DNA from: Pelomyxa schiedti
Lineage: Eukaryota > Protista > Evosea
Assembly (NCBI GenBank): GCA_020536535.1
Contig: JAHLWZ010000388.1
Span: 1-50,399 of the forward strand
DNA: 50,399 nucleotides
Direction of reading: 5' to 3'
A model generated the notes under the pieces. That model was not told the DNA's origin, did not search any database, and was given only the letters and a program-made list of their open reading frames with translations. Both the position numbers and the translations under genes were made by a program. This document shows, one piece after another, positions 1 through 11,100 of this stretch. Every line of letters begins with the position of its first letter. Within the stretch, counting starts at the first letter, position 1.

Positions 1-678
1 TGGGATTTTTGTGTACAGTGTAGTGTTGCATTTTTGGATTCAAACCGTGAGGTAACACACTGTGGTTGCAGAAGTTTGAGCACGAGAACCAGTCATATGA
101 TCCATCAAAGAGAATCCCATCCCACAAGAGAACCCCAGAAACGGAATTGCTTTTTGGGTTTCATACCTTGACAAGAAGAAGAGGAACAGGATTTGTTTTT
201 TTCGTCAGTATTCGTAGAAGTGCCCGTAGTAGGTCTCGAATATCAACGCGATGCAACCAACACAAACAACAATAGAGACAAAGAAACAATGGGTGGTTTG
301 GGTGTCACACTTCGTCTGGGAATCCGTCGTACCCCTTATGCTCCCCGACGCCGCTTCCCACTGCTTCTTCCCGACACCGTCTTGCACCCCTCCCCATTAT
401 CGTCATGGGCCCGCTCATGCCTCGTCGTCGTCCTCATCGACAACAACGATCGCCGCCGCAACCCATCATCCCACCACAGCCACAACACCGACGGAAGAGC
501 AGGAGGATGAGGAGGAGGACGACAACAACATGGGGATCGAGTATCACCGGATACCATCACTCAAGCGCAAGCACGTGGTCCCGCTGCTGCGTCTTGCCGA
601 GGCCCTGTTCCCCCTCGTTGGGCTCGTGTGCCGGGGCGTGAGGCGGTCGCGGGGCGCCAGGTCGTCGAGCCGCCGCCG
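1..678. repeat. Diverged segmental duplicate of 16252-16908 (junction behind the kinase remnant plus 5' part of the ankyrin-like gene)
   Basis: 1-118 matches 16252-16369 (tgggatttttgtgtacagtgtagtgttgcatttttgg...). Both copies encode MQPTQTTIETKKQWVVWVSHFVWESVVPLMLPDAASHCFFPTPSC. Small indels and substitutions separate them (PPHYRHG vs PPHYYRHG). Confidence 0.95.
251..678 (+). CDS. 5' portion of an ankyrin-like repeat protein gene (paralog of 16476-18973), cut off by the scaffold gap
   Basis: ORF 251..784 is nearly identical to the first ~145 aa of ORF 16476..18731 and runs into the N gap at 679. Confidence 0.8.
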
Positions 679-778
679 NNNNNNNNNNNNNNNNNNNNNN
701 NNNNNNNNNNNNNNNNNNNNNNNNNNNNNNNNNNNNNNNNNNNNNNNNNNNNNNNNNNNNNNNNNNNNNNNNNNNNNN
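679..778. other. Scaffold gap (100 N)
   Basis: Run of 100 N; true size unknown. Confidence 1.
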
Positions 779-2181
779 TTCTAAGTACTGGGTGTGCTGT
801 GTCTCGATTTGCTCCTCTCTGGAAATTACCAAAAGCTGAAAAGGGGACTGCAAACAGTGCCGCACTAAGGGCCATTGAGAGGGTTCGGCCTGTCATTTAT
901 AGAGAGTTACATGACTACTGGATGAAGAGACCTTTCAACCACATCCCCAAGCCAGTCACTGAAGACAAGTTCGGTTTTATTGCAGTAATTGCTGACCACC
1001 CATAATAATAAATAAGCCATATGCACTGAAGACCCCCACCAGTGATGCATTCATCCACCAGGTGAAAGCCTATGATAAACATCATGGCTTTCACACTGTA
1101 AAAAAACATGTGGTGGTCTCAGCTACGGCACCACATTACTGTGTGGCCATTGGAAAAGCCTGTGCAGGTGCCACAAGTGATAAGACCGATTTTGATGACC
1201 TGTGGAGTTCTCTGTATCCTCCTTTACTGAAGAGAAAGCCAGATGATACTTCTTTCCCAGAGCATGCTACCTGGGCAGTTCTTCTTGATAGTGGATATAT
1301 TGGGGCTAGCCGTCTTCCAAAGTATCACTGTCACTTACTTTTTTTTTCCCCGTTTTAATCCATCTCAGTGTGCATAAAGTTGTACTGCCTCGGCCCTCCA
1401 GCCACTCAAGCCACTATAGCCAGAAAGACCTTGACGATCTCCGCAAGAAAAGGTCTGTCAACCTGTTGTCAGTTTTCTTACTTTCACACAGAGTTTGTGT
1501 GGAATGCTTTTTTGGTAGGATGACTGTACTATGGCGTATCTTGCTTGTGCCCTATCCTTTTGACCAGCAGCATTTGGATGTGGATGTAGACATTATGATA
1601 ATGCTCACTAATGCTCACATAGAGTAAGAAGCTGTTTTACACAACTGTGATTTACAATTCTCACCAGGGAACGTGACTTGCATTCTGGGGACCAGAACTC
1701 CTATGTTAGGATTTGCAAACTCCGGGAGAAAGAAGCTGCAGATGTAAGACACAAACGTCAGCAGCAGCGAGACAGTTCAATGGACTCTGCCAGTAAGAGG
1801 CCCAATCTCAGCAAACAGTATGAAACAAATGAACCACAACGATCCCCACCTTCTCCGTCACCACTTCAGTCATTGCAATCGCAACCGCAGCCGCAATCGC
1901 AGCCGCAATCGCAATCACAACCACAACCACAATCGCCATTGCAGTTGCAATCTCAATCGCAATCACCATCGCAATCTCAGTCACAATCGCAACCACAACG
2001 CATTCACCGTCGCGGCCACAGGCGCCACCACATCCACAACCACAGCCACAACCACAACTCCAATCCCAATCGCAATTGCCGGCCCAGCCACAAACCAATC
2101 CCTAGAGGCAGACACAACCACAACCACACAATCACCTGTGCCACAAGTCATACCCTTACACAAATAACCACATACTCATGA
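779..2181 (+). mobile_element. Intron-containing DDE transposase-like gene (DDE_Tnp_4, PIF/Harbinger-related), 5' end lost in the gap, probably degenerate
   Basis: Motifs VIAD(H), WAVLLDSGYIG and RVCVECFFGRMTVLWRIL...MLTNAH fit the D-D-E triad of DDE_Tnp_4 nucleases. GT-AG introns at 1322-1368, 1453-1491 and ~1624-1667 join ORFs 1062..1358, 1370..1627 and 1678..2181 in frame (RLP-N-VHK; LRKK-R-VCVE; HIE-ERDL). The frame is broken just after ADH (TAA TAA TAA at ~1003-1011). Confidence 0.72.
1860..2135 (+). repeat. Hexamer-based low-complexity repeat (CAATCG/CAACCA/CAGCCG) encoding an S/Q/P- and H/N-rich transposase tail
   Basis: Directly visible tandem hexamers; translation QSQPQPQSQPQSQSQ... 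in ORF 1678..2181. Confidence 0.9.
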
Positions 2182-3293
2182 AGATGTCTTCCCCCAGTGT
2201 AGATCAGATTGCATTCATACAACAACCCTCCAATCCCCACAACTCTTCAAACAGCACGCACAACCCTGTTTATAGTTTTCAATGAAATTTCTTTCACAGT
2301 GATATTTCAAGGAAATCTTGACATTCACTGCGCAAAGCAAAAGGTAAACCGGTTTGCATTTTCAATCCGGATCCTCTGGCAGATCCGGATAAGGACGCAG
2401 ATTCGCAGTGCATTTTCAAAGCGAATCACCCCCCCAAAATCACAGCCTGGGGGGAGTAAACCGGACACCCCCCGGTAATCCGTTTTTGGTCCAATACAAA
2501 GATATGTGAGTGGTGTCCCTGACGGGGACGAACACGTTTGTAGCGAGATAAGGAGGGAACAAAGTCTTTATTTATTTTAATTGATCTGGTGGAGTCTGTG
2601 GTGAAAGTGGTGTTGCTTATAAACCCTGTCTCCCAGTAATTCCAGGTATTCAGTGGACCCACGCACCCGTGATAAGCTTTTAAACGCTTTAGAATCCGTT
2701 TTGAATAGCTTTTGAATCCGTTTTCAATCCCTTTTCAACTCTGTGCTTCCTTTCGTTTGGGGCAGAACTTGCTTCTGTGCAGCCGAAGTTTTGCATTAAA
2801 AACAAAAAAACTTGCAGGCAGTGTCGACAGATGGTGCTGTGACGGTGACCAGTGGGGGCAAACTCCGCGGGCAGTGGTAACGATAAATGACCAAGCCCTT
2901 CGGCAGTGGTCAACAGTGGAGTCCAACGATGACGGCAGTCAACAATGTGAGGTCTGCGGCAATCGTGGTCAACATTGGGAGCTCTTATCAGGTTTGCCAC
3001 TTTCTTTCATTTTTTGGTATCTATTTATCAGGGAAACATGGTGCCTTTCATTGTTACAAAATGCCAGGCTTTCCCACCGTTCTTTGCAAGGCAAAATAAC
3101 ATCCAGAAGGTGTGATGGGACTGCAATATACAATGCTGAGGTACATCACAGGGATACACCATCGCTAGGTTCAGAATTGACCAGTGATTTGGTGGTTTGT
3201 AGCATTCCCGCGTTTAATAAAACACTTGCTGGGTGTTGTACATATGATCCTCATGATTGCTGCACTAATCTCATTGCAGAGTGCACGCTGGTA

Positions 3294-3381
3294 GTGCCGG
3301 AAATGATCGCTTCAGTGCCGGAAATATCCACTTCCATGCCGGAAATGTCTGCTTCTGTGTTGGAAATATCCGCTTCAGTGC
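3294..3381 (+). repeat. 21-bp tandem minisatellite, about 4.2 copies
   Basis: gtgccggaaatgatcgcttca / gtgccggaaatatccacttcc / atgccggaaatgtctgcttct / gtgttggaaatatccgcttca. Confidence 0.9.
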
Positions 3382-3534
3382 AGGCTGATGCACCATTCCA
3401 CAACATCGTGATTGCAACATAGTCGCGATTCCACCATGATGGAACTCTCCTTGCCACTATGCTGCCTTACCAGGTACACTCTCCTTTCACCAGGATACCT
3501 CCAAAACCATACAAGAACGCCGTAATAAAATAAT

Positions 3535-4150
3535 GTGGTTTGGGGTTTCACTGCGGCTCACCCTGGTTCACCCAGATTCACTGCGTTTCACCCCAGTTCA
3601 CCCCGTTTTGCTCTGCTCAATCTGATCCACCCTGAACCGACCATCCCAGTTTGTTGTGTTCCACCGGCTCACCTTGTTTCACTCCACTTCGCTTCATTCC
3701 ATCCCGACCATCCAGAAGGAGACGGTATACACTGACAATCAACAGCAACCTGACGGAATACGGCAGACCAACGGTGTTTACTCTATTCTACTCCGGCTTC
3801 ACTCCGTTTTACTCCGTTCCGCTTCGTTTTACTCCATCCCACTCCACTTTATTTGGCTCCGCTCCGCCTTCGGCTCCACTCCGTTTTACTCGCCCCGTTT
3901 CCGCCTAGCTTTACTCCGCTCCGCTCCGTTTTCGCCCCGCTTTACTCCGCTCCGGTTCGTTTTCGCCCTGCTCTACTCCGCTCCGGTTCGTTTTCGCCCT
4001 GCTCTACTCCGCTCCGCTCAGTTTTGCTCCCCCTTACTCCGCTTCGCTCCGTTTTCCCCCGTTTTGCTTCGCCTTACTCAGCTGTACATCGCTTTACTCT
4101 ATTCTGCCCCGTTTACTGTGCCTTCTCCAATTCACTATAATTGCTGCGAT
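3535..4150. repeat. Pyrimidine-rich cryptic satellite built from pentamers (ctccg/ttcac/ttact) with a ~31-bp higher-order unit
   Basis: actccgctccggttcgttttcgccctgctct occurs twice exactly from ~3944, with many degenerate copies on both sides. Confidence 0.85.
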
Positions 4151-4739
4151 TTACTCCGAACCACCTGAACTATCCCACACCAGCCCAACTATATCAGGCT
4201 ATGCACATACACCCGCGCAAGCACAGTCCACCCCACGTTTGCGTTCAGAGAGGGAGTGGGCTGATGTCTCATGAAGGAACAGAGCAGAGAGAGAAGGCTA
4301 GTCAAGTGGGAGGGGCTGGGAGATAGAATGTCCGGCAGCAGCCTTGAGGATTACTGTGCAAGAACGGGAGTGGGGGGAGGGGGGGAGAGGGCTCGTCAAC
4401 CGAATCACTGAGTACCACATTGTCACTCCAGTTTATTATGATTACTCCAGTTCAGCTCGATACTCTCCGATTACCCCGGCTTACTCTAACTTACTCGGTT
4501 TACCTTTGAGGACCCCCTTGATACCCAGAGAGCGTTTAAGAGAAGGAGGGAATGTGTGGGGTCCCACCCAACCCAGTGACCAATCACAGTCGAGGTCACC
4601 CAACCTGGAACTGGGCTCAGGCCTCTGATCTCCCATCACACTGACGTCACCATCACTCCAAGCACGAATCACACACAACACAGACGATAACGAGAATCTC
4701 TTATCCTTTCGTACGATCGGTTCGTGGTCCTGCAGGGTA

Positions 4740-4986
4740 CCGTATGTTGGGAAACCTTCGTTCCAGACTTTCGTTGCCGAAAACTTCCATTGTCGAAAAC
4801 TTTTGTTGCCGAAAACGTGCGTCGGTAAAAAAGTTCGTTCCGGCACCTAAAACCACGACACTTGATAGTCTGCGAAAATGATCGTCGCCGAAAACTTTCG
4901 TTGGGTGCTGTGGGCTACGAAAAATTTGGGCAACGAAAGTTTTCGGCGACGAAAGTTTGTTGGAACGAAGGTTTCTCAACATACGG
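4740..4986. mobile_element. MITE, 247 bp, Tc1/mariner(pogo)-like ends with a TA target-site duplication
   Basis: TIRs CCGTATGTTG(G/A)GAAACCTTCGTTCCA match 25/26. TA lies immediately outside both ends (4738-4739, 4987-4988). Internal ~16-bp subterminal repeats (ACTTTCGTTGCCGAAA-like) occur in both orientations. No coding capacity. Confidence 0.88.
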
Positions 4987-5176
4987 TACAGTACACCCCT
5001 TCATCCCTACAGAGGCAAGTTCTTTTGGAACATGGGGAACAACAAGTGTATCCAGTTGTCTTGACTTCTCAATAATAATGCCTATTGTTTGATTGTGAAA
5101 AATACTGTAGTGTGCTTCTTAGATACTTGTTTTATCGCAAACAAAAACCTACACTCTCAATTTTCGTCATTAGATA

Positions 5177-8100
5177 CTATACCCAATTCATGCTGAGTAT
5201 CTGGGACATTGTGGGACGGGCGTTGGGATCACTGGCCCAGCAATTCACCACGATGGTCTTGGCCCAACTGGGTAGTTCCGGTGCCGGCGGTGATTTCGGC
5301 AATTGTGGGAGTATCTTGCCGAGCGCCAGGTCCCGCACAATGTCTGAGGGTCTCATGGTAGCCTGCCGGTTTCTGTGAACCCGGAAGTATGCTGAGTAGG
5401 CCTCGAGGTGGCTGAATGGCGAACTTATGGGATCCATCAGCTTGAATACCACGGTGGCTGTATTTTATTAGTAGGACCGGCAAAATGGGGTACTTACCAA
5501 AGCTCCAAACATCAGCCTTCGTGTCATACTTTTCACCATTGAGAACTTCGGGAGCATAAATTTCCAACACTGGCGCATCTCCAGCGGTGCCTCGCTGCGA
5601 CTGCGATGCATCAGAATACAGAACTTGAGACAGCCCGAAATCGGCAATCTGTTGGGTGATAAGTGATTTGTGGGACAAGGAGAGGATTGCAACCCAACCT
5701 TTGCCCAAGGGCCTGGCCCAGTTTCGTCCAATGAGGAAATGAAAATGTTCCCTGTGGTGGTGATATATTAATACTCTCTCTCTGCCGCGGAAGTTAAAGA
5801 AGACGCGAACCTGTGTGGAGATCACCGTGAACGATTGGGGGAGTCTGTGAGTGCAAATGTTCCAACCCACGTGCAACATCTTTCAGAATTTTCACTTTCA
5901 TGGTCATGGGAATGATTCTATCCAAAAGCTGGGTGGTGTTTTCACCTTTTTCAAGGCACACCCGGATGAGATCGCTCAACTCAGGCTTCTTGATTTTTGT
6001 GTCTTCCAAGATTTTAATGAGAGGAGGAACAATGGGAACGACGAGTTCCGTGACCAACCACAGGTGTGGGTGAAGGCACGCACCATAGAACTTGACAACA
6101 TTTGGATGTGAAGATACCACATTTAAAACTGACATCTCAAAGATAAATCGTGCGATGGATTGATATGTGAGTTCCCCCAACGGTTGTTTTACAGCAACAG
6201 GCAAGCCCTTCCGTGTTGCCCTCATCACTTGCCCAAACCCACCTTTGCCCACTGGTGTTTGGGATTGAAACTCGATTTCAGTTGGATCGATCACAGGCAG
6301 GTGTTCAAGGAGTATGTCTGGTGCAACTTCCGTAAGCTTCACGTCAACTTGCTCTGTCTGATTGTCTGGTGGGCAACGAAGACATTTCATCCCATATCGT
6401 GCAGCATCAAGCACAACTCTTTGCGGGAAACATGTGATGTTGGGTGGAACGCTGAACACCGGCAGCTGCACAGCAGGTTCCAAGGAGGTTGGGGTGGCAG
6501 ATTGATGCAGGAAGCGAAGCAAACAGTGAGGGCAGGGGAAAGACACATCTGCATTCGCTGCAAGGCCAATGTAATAGGACTCGATGAATTGAGTGATCAA
6601 AGTGGTTACATAAATTATCAAGCTCTTCCTTTTCCACAGTGCCGTTTCTTCTTTGCTTGTGACTGTTGGTTCAGATCCAAGAGATGGATCAGGTGCCTCC
6701 TCAATTGTGGTTCGCATGCAAATGTTGATTGTGTGTTGCTTGGCCTCGTGTGTCATAATCAACTTCTGCTTTGTGATGGAGGAGGATGTTGAATCTTGAA
6801 AACTGAGATTCTCAACGATAAGACCTTCGTTCCATGAAAACAGAGGGGCAGTTTCTGGAATTCCAAGCACCATCACCATCAACCTTGGGAAAAACCCGAT
6901 CGGGAGAAAGCGGAACTTGAGTATTCTCCCACTCATGACGACCTTGGTGCCTGCCCCAGTGGGTGCGGTCCAAAATGAGGCCGCTTCTGCACTTCCCTCA
7001 GAATAGCGAAGCGCCAGGTCCGGGAGAAGGGAAGGAACTAGTAGCCGGCCATCAGGCAGGGTGAACAGGATTTCAAAAGTCTGAAGCAGCTCAATAAGGG
7101 TAGCATGGTGTTCAGGGTAAAAAGAAGAAAAAACATGACGGATAGACTGGGGGAGCACGAAACCATATGTGACCCAGCTAGTTGTTCGTATGCCGATTAC
7201 TGATGTCATCACCTTGGAGAGGTATGAAGGTTTCAGCACAATCAACTCAGAAAGAGGGATTCCCGTTTTTTTCTTCAGTGAACATACTTGATTTTCAGAA
7301 GATGTGTTGTGTAATTTGTGTCTGAAATGTATGATACTCCCTGCATCCAAAAGGAAGTCAGAGCACATGGTAATTTCTCGTTGCTCGTAACCATCACACT
7401 TCCCAACACCCTTAGCTTTTGCAATTGCAACATATTCATCCCAATGTAATGTCTCAGCCAGCATACTGGCGAGATGCTTGTGCAATTCAACCCAGTTCGA
7501 GGGGACATCAATCTTCTGTTGTTTTGCAATTTCCTCCAATCTCTCAGAAACACGCTCCACAGCAGTCATGGATACACAACTGGCCTCTGTTTCAGTGTTC
7601 ATGATAATACCATCACCAGTGGCCACACTCAATCCAAAAACACTGTCAAACTGCTTGTCATGAGCTCTCATAATCTGGGCCAAAGCAGCACAGGCAGATT
7701 TGGTTGTGGTTTTGTCAAGGTGCGTTCCAACCAGAAGGATGTGAACCTTCTCACTGTGGCCTGTGGTGTCTGTTCTGTTTGAAGTTGCTTGCCTGAATGA
7801 CAGGTTTATCTGATCAACCCAATACTTGATCTTTGGTGGAAGTATCACAGATTCAGATTCACCATCCCATTGAACAAGTGCCAAATCGAAAATTAGCAGG
7901 AACACGGAGCTGCTGCGCAAGAAGAACTGGTGTGTTGGGTAAAGCACATCTTGACCTCCTGCAGTTTGCGTTACTCAATTAAAGAGTGGAAACGAGTGGT
8001 GGGGCAAACACACCCAAGTCCCAGGCAACCCACGTGTGACCACTGCGTCTGTTCAACTTGAATGGCAGAGTAAAAGAAATACCATCAGTGGCCATGTTTT

Positions 8101-11100
8101 TTTTCACATTGGTTGTGTTCCTGCGCTCCGTCAGGCACCTCAGCAGTGTTGTTTTTCCAACGGCACCATCACCCACCACAAGAAGCTTGTGACGCTTCCA
8201 CGCAACAGGCTCACCACTGTACATTACAGACTGTTTCAGAGTGTTCCATTTCTCCGCTCTGGACCGGCTTGGGATTGTGTCCTGTGGATTTTCCACCAGA
8301 TACATGCTGAGTATCTGGGACATTGTGGGACGAGCACGTGGGTCGCGGACCCAGCAGTTCTCCAAAATGGTCTTGGCCCAACTGGGTACTTCTGGTGCCG
8401 GTGGAGATTTTGGCAATCGTGGGAGTATCTTTCCAAACCCCAGGTCCCGCGAAATTTCTACAAAGTTGAGAACAGCCTTGTGGTGCTTTTGAATTCGGCA
8501 GTATGTGGGGTCGGCCTCAAGGTGGCTGAAGGGGGAACTTATGGGATCAACCAGGTTGAAAACAGTCATTGCTGTAGTTGTTTTGGTTTTGTTGTAAGAG
8601 TGGGAGGAATGATGGATGAAGAAGTGTTTACCAAAACTCCAAACATCAGCCTTCGTGTCATACTTTTCACCGTTGAGAACTTCAGGACCATAGGTGAAGA
8701 CCTTGCCCTCTAATGAGCTTCTCGTGGACTTAGATTCTCCGGAATATAGAACTTGAGACAACCCGAAATCGGCAATCTGTTGGATGATAAGTGATTTGTG
8801 GGACAAGGAGAGGAGTTGCGAGTCAACCTTTGCCCAAGGGCCTGGCCCAGTTTCGTCCAATGAGGAAATGAAAATGTTCCCTGTGGTGTGATATATTAAT
8901 ACTCTCTCTGCCACTGAAGTTAAAGAAGACGTGAACCTGTGTGGAGATCGCCGTGGACGATGGGGGGATTCTGTGAGTGCAAATATTCCAAGCCACGTGC
9001 AACATCTTTCAGAATTTTCACCCTCATGGTCATGGGAATGATTCTATCCAAAAGCTGGGTGGTGTTTTCACCTTTTTCAAGGCACACCTGGATCCAACCC
9101 TGCAAGTCCGGCTTCTTGATTTTTGTGTCTCCCAGGATTGTCATGATACTTGGGGGAACAATGGTAACGACGAGTTCCATTACCAACCACAGGTGTGGGT
9201 GAAGGCATGCGCCATAGAACTTGACAACATTTGGATGTGAAGATACCACATTCAGAAGGGTTGTCTCAAAGATAAATTGTGTGATGGATTGATATGTGAG
9301 TTCCCCCAACGGTTGTTTTACAGCAACAGGCAAACCCTTCCGCGTTGCCCTCAACACTTGCCCAAACCCACCTTTGCCCACCGGTGTTTGGGATTGAAAC
9401 TCGATTTCAGTTGGATCGATCACAGGCAGGTGTTCAAGGAGTATGTCTGGTGCAACTTCCGTAAGCTTCACGTCAACTTGCTCTGTCTGATTGTCTGGTG
9501 GGCAACGAAGACATTTCATCCCATATCGTGCAGCATCAAGCACGACTCGTTGCGGGAAACGTGTGATGTCGGGTGGAACGCTGAACACCGAGGAGGTTGG
9601 GGTGGCAGATTGATGCAGGAAGCGAAGCAAACAATGAGAGCAAGGGAAAGATACATCTGCATTCGCTGCGAGGCCAATGTAATAGGACTCGATGAATTGA
9701 GTGATCAAAGTGGTTACATAAATTATCAAGCTCTTCCTTTTCCACAGTGCCGTTTCTTCTTTGCTTGTGATGGTTGGTTCAGATCCAAGAGATGGATCAG
9801 GTGCCTCCTCGATTGTGGTTCGCATGCAAATGTTGATTGTGTGTTGCTTGGCCTCGTGTGTCATAAACAACTTCTGCTTTGTGATGGACGAGGATGCTGA
9901 ATCTTGGATACTGAGATTCTCAACGATAAGACCTTCGTTCCATGCAAACAGAGGGGCAGTTTCTGGAATTCCAAGCACCATCACCATCAACCTTGGGAAA
10001 AACCCGATCGGGAGAAATCTGAACTTGAGTATTCGCCCGCTCATGACGACCTTGGTGCCTGTCCCAGTGGGTGCGGTCCAAAATGAGGCCGCTTCTGCAC
10101 TTCCCTCAGAATAGCGAGGCGCCAGGTCCGGGAGAAGGGAAGGAACTAGTAGCCGGCCATCAGGCAGGGTGAACAGGATTTCAAAAGTCTGAAGCAGCTC
10201 AATAAGGGTGGTGTACTGCTCGGGGGGAAACTCCTCAAAAACATGGTGAATTTTCTTCTGTTCCACAAATCCGTTTGTGAACCAAGTTGTTGTCTTGATA
10301 CTAATGACAGATGTCATCACCTTGGAGAGGTATGAAGGTTTCAGCACAATCAACTCAGAAAGAGGGATTCCTGTTTCCTTTCTTTTCCGCCAGCAGCTTG
10401 ATTTTCGAGAAGATGTGTATAATTGATTGCTGTGCCTGAAATGTATGATGCTCCCTGCATCCAAAAGGAAGTCAGAGCACATGGTAATTTCTCGTTGCTC
10501 TGTGGTATCATACTTCCCAACACCCTTAGCTTTTGCAATTGCAACATATTCATCCCAATGTAATGTGTCAGCCGACATGCTGGCGAGATGTTTGTGCAAT
10601 TTAACCCAGTTCGAGGTGACGGCAATCTTCTGTTGTTTTGCAATTTCCTCCAATCTCTCAGAAACACGCTCCACAGCAGTCATGGATACACAACTGGCCT
10701 CTGTTTCAGTGTTCATGATAATACCATCACCAGTGGCCACACTCAATCCAAAAACACTGTCAAACTGCTTGTCATGAGCTCTCATAATCTGGGCCAAAGC
10801 AGCACAGGCAGATTTGGTTGTGGTTTTGTCAAGGTGCGTTCCAACCAGAAGGATGTGAACCTTCTCACTGTGGCCTGTGGTGTCTGTTCTGTTTGAAGTT
10901 GCTTGCCTGAATGACAGGTTTATCTGATCAACCCAATACTTGATCTTTGGTGGAAGTATCACAGATTCAGATTCACCATCCCATTGAACAAGTGCCAAAT
11001 CGAAAATTAGCAGGAACACGGAGCTGCTGCGCAAGAAGAACTGGTGTGTTGGGTAAAGCACATCTTGACCTCCTGCAGTTTGCGTTACTCAATTAAAGAG

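Noticed and set aside
3535-4168. ORFs 3656..4168 and 3853..4140
   Set aside because: By-products of the stop-poor pentamer satellite.
3294-4986. Short repeats considered as a CRISPR-like array
   Set aside because: No constant repeat with unique spacers, no cas genes, eukaryotic context; explained as a minisatellite and MITE subterminal repeats.
7979-8914. Double module of Roco A as a pure assembly artefact
   Set aside because: The junction is unique, in frame and diverged from both parents, and the modules differ over most of their length. An artefact is not excluded but is less likely.
5851-10896. Plus-strand ORFs of 60-210 aa antisense to ROC-COR-kinase exons, repeated in each copy
   Set aside because: Their recurrence simply reflects the duplicated sense-strand genes; no independent motifs.
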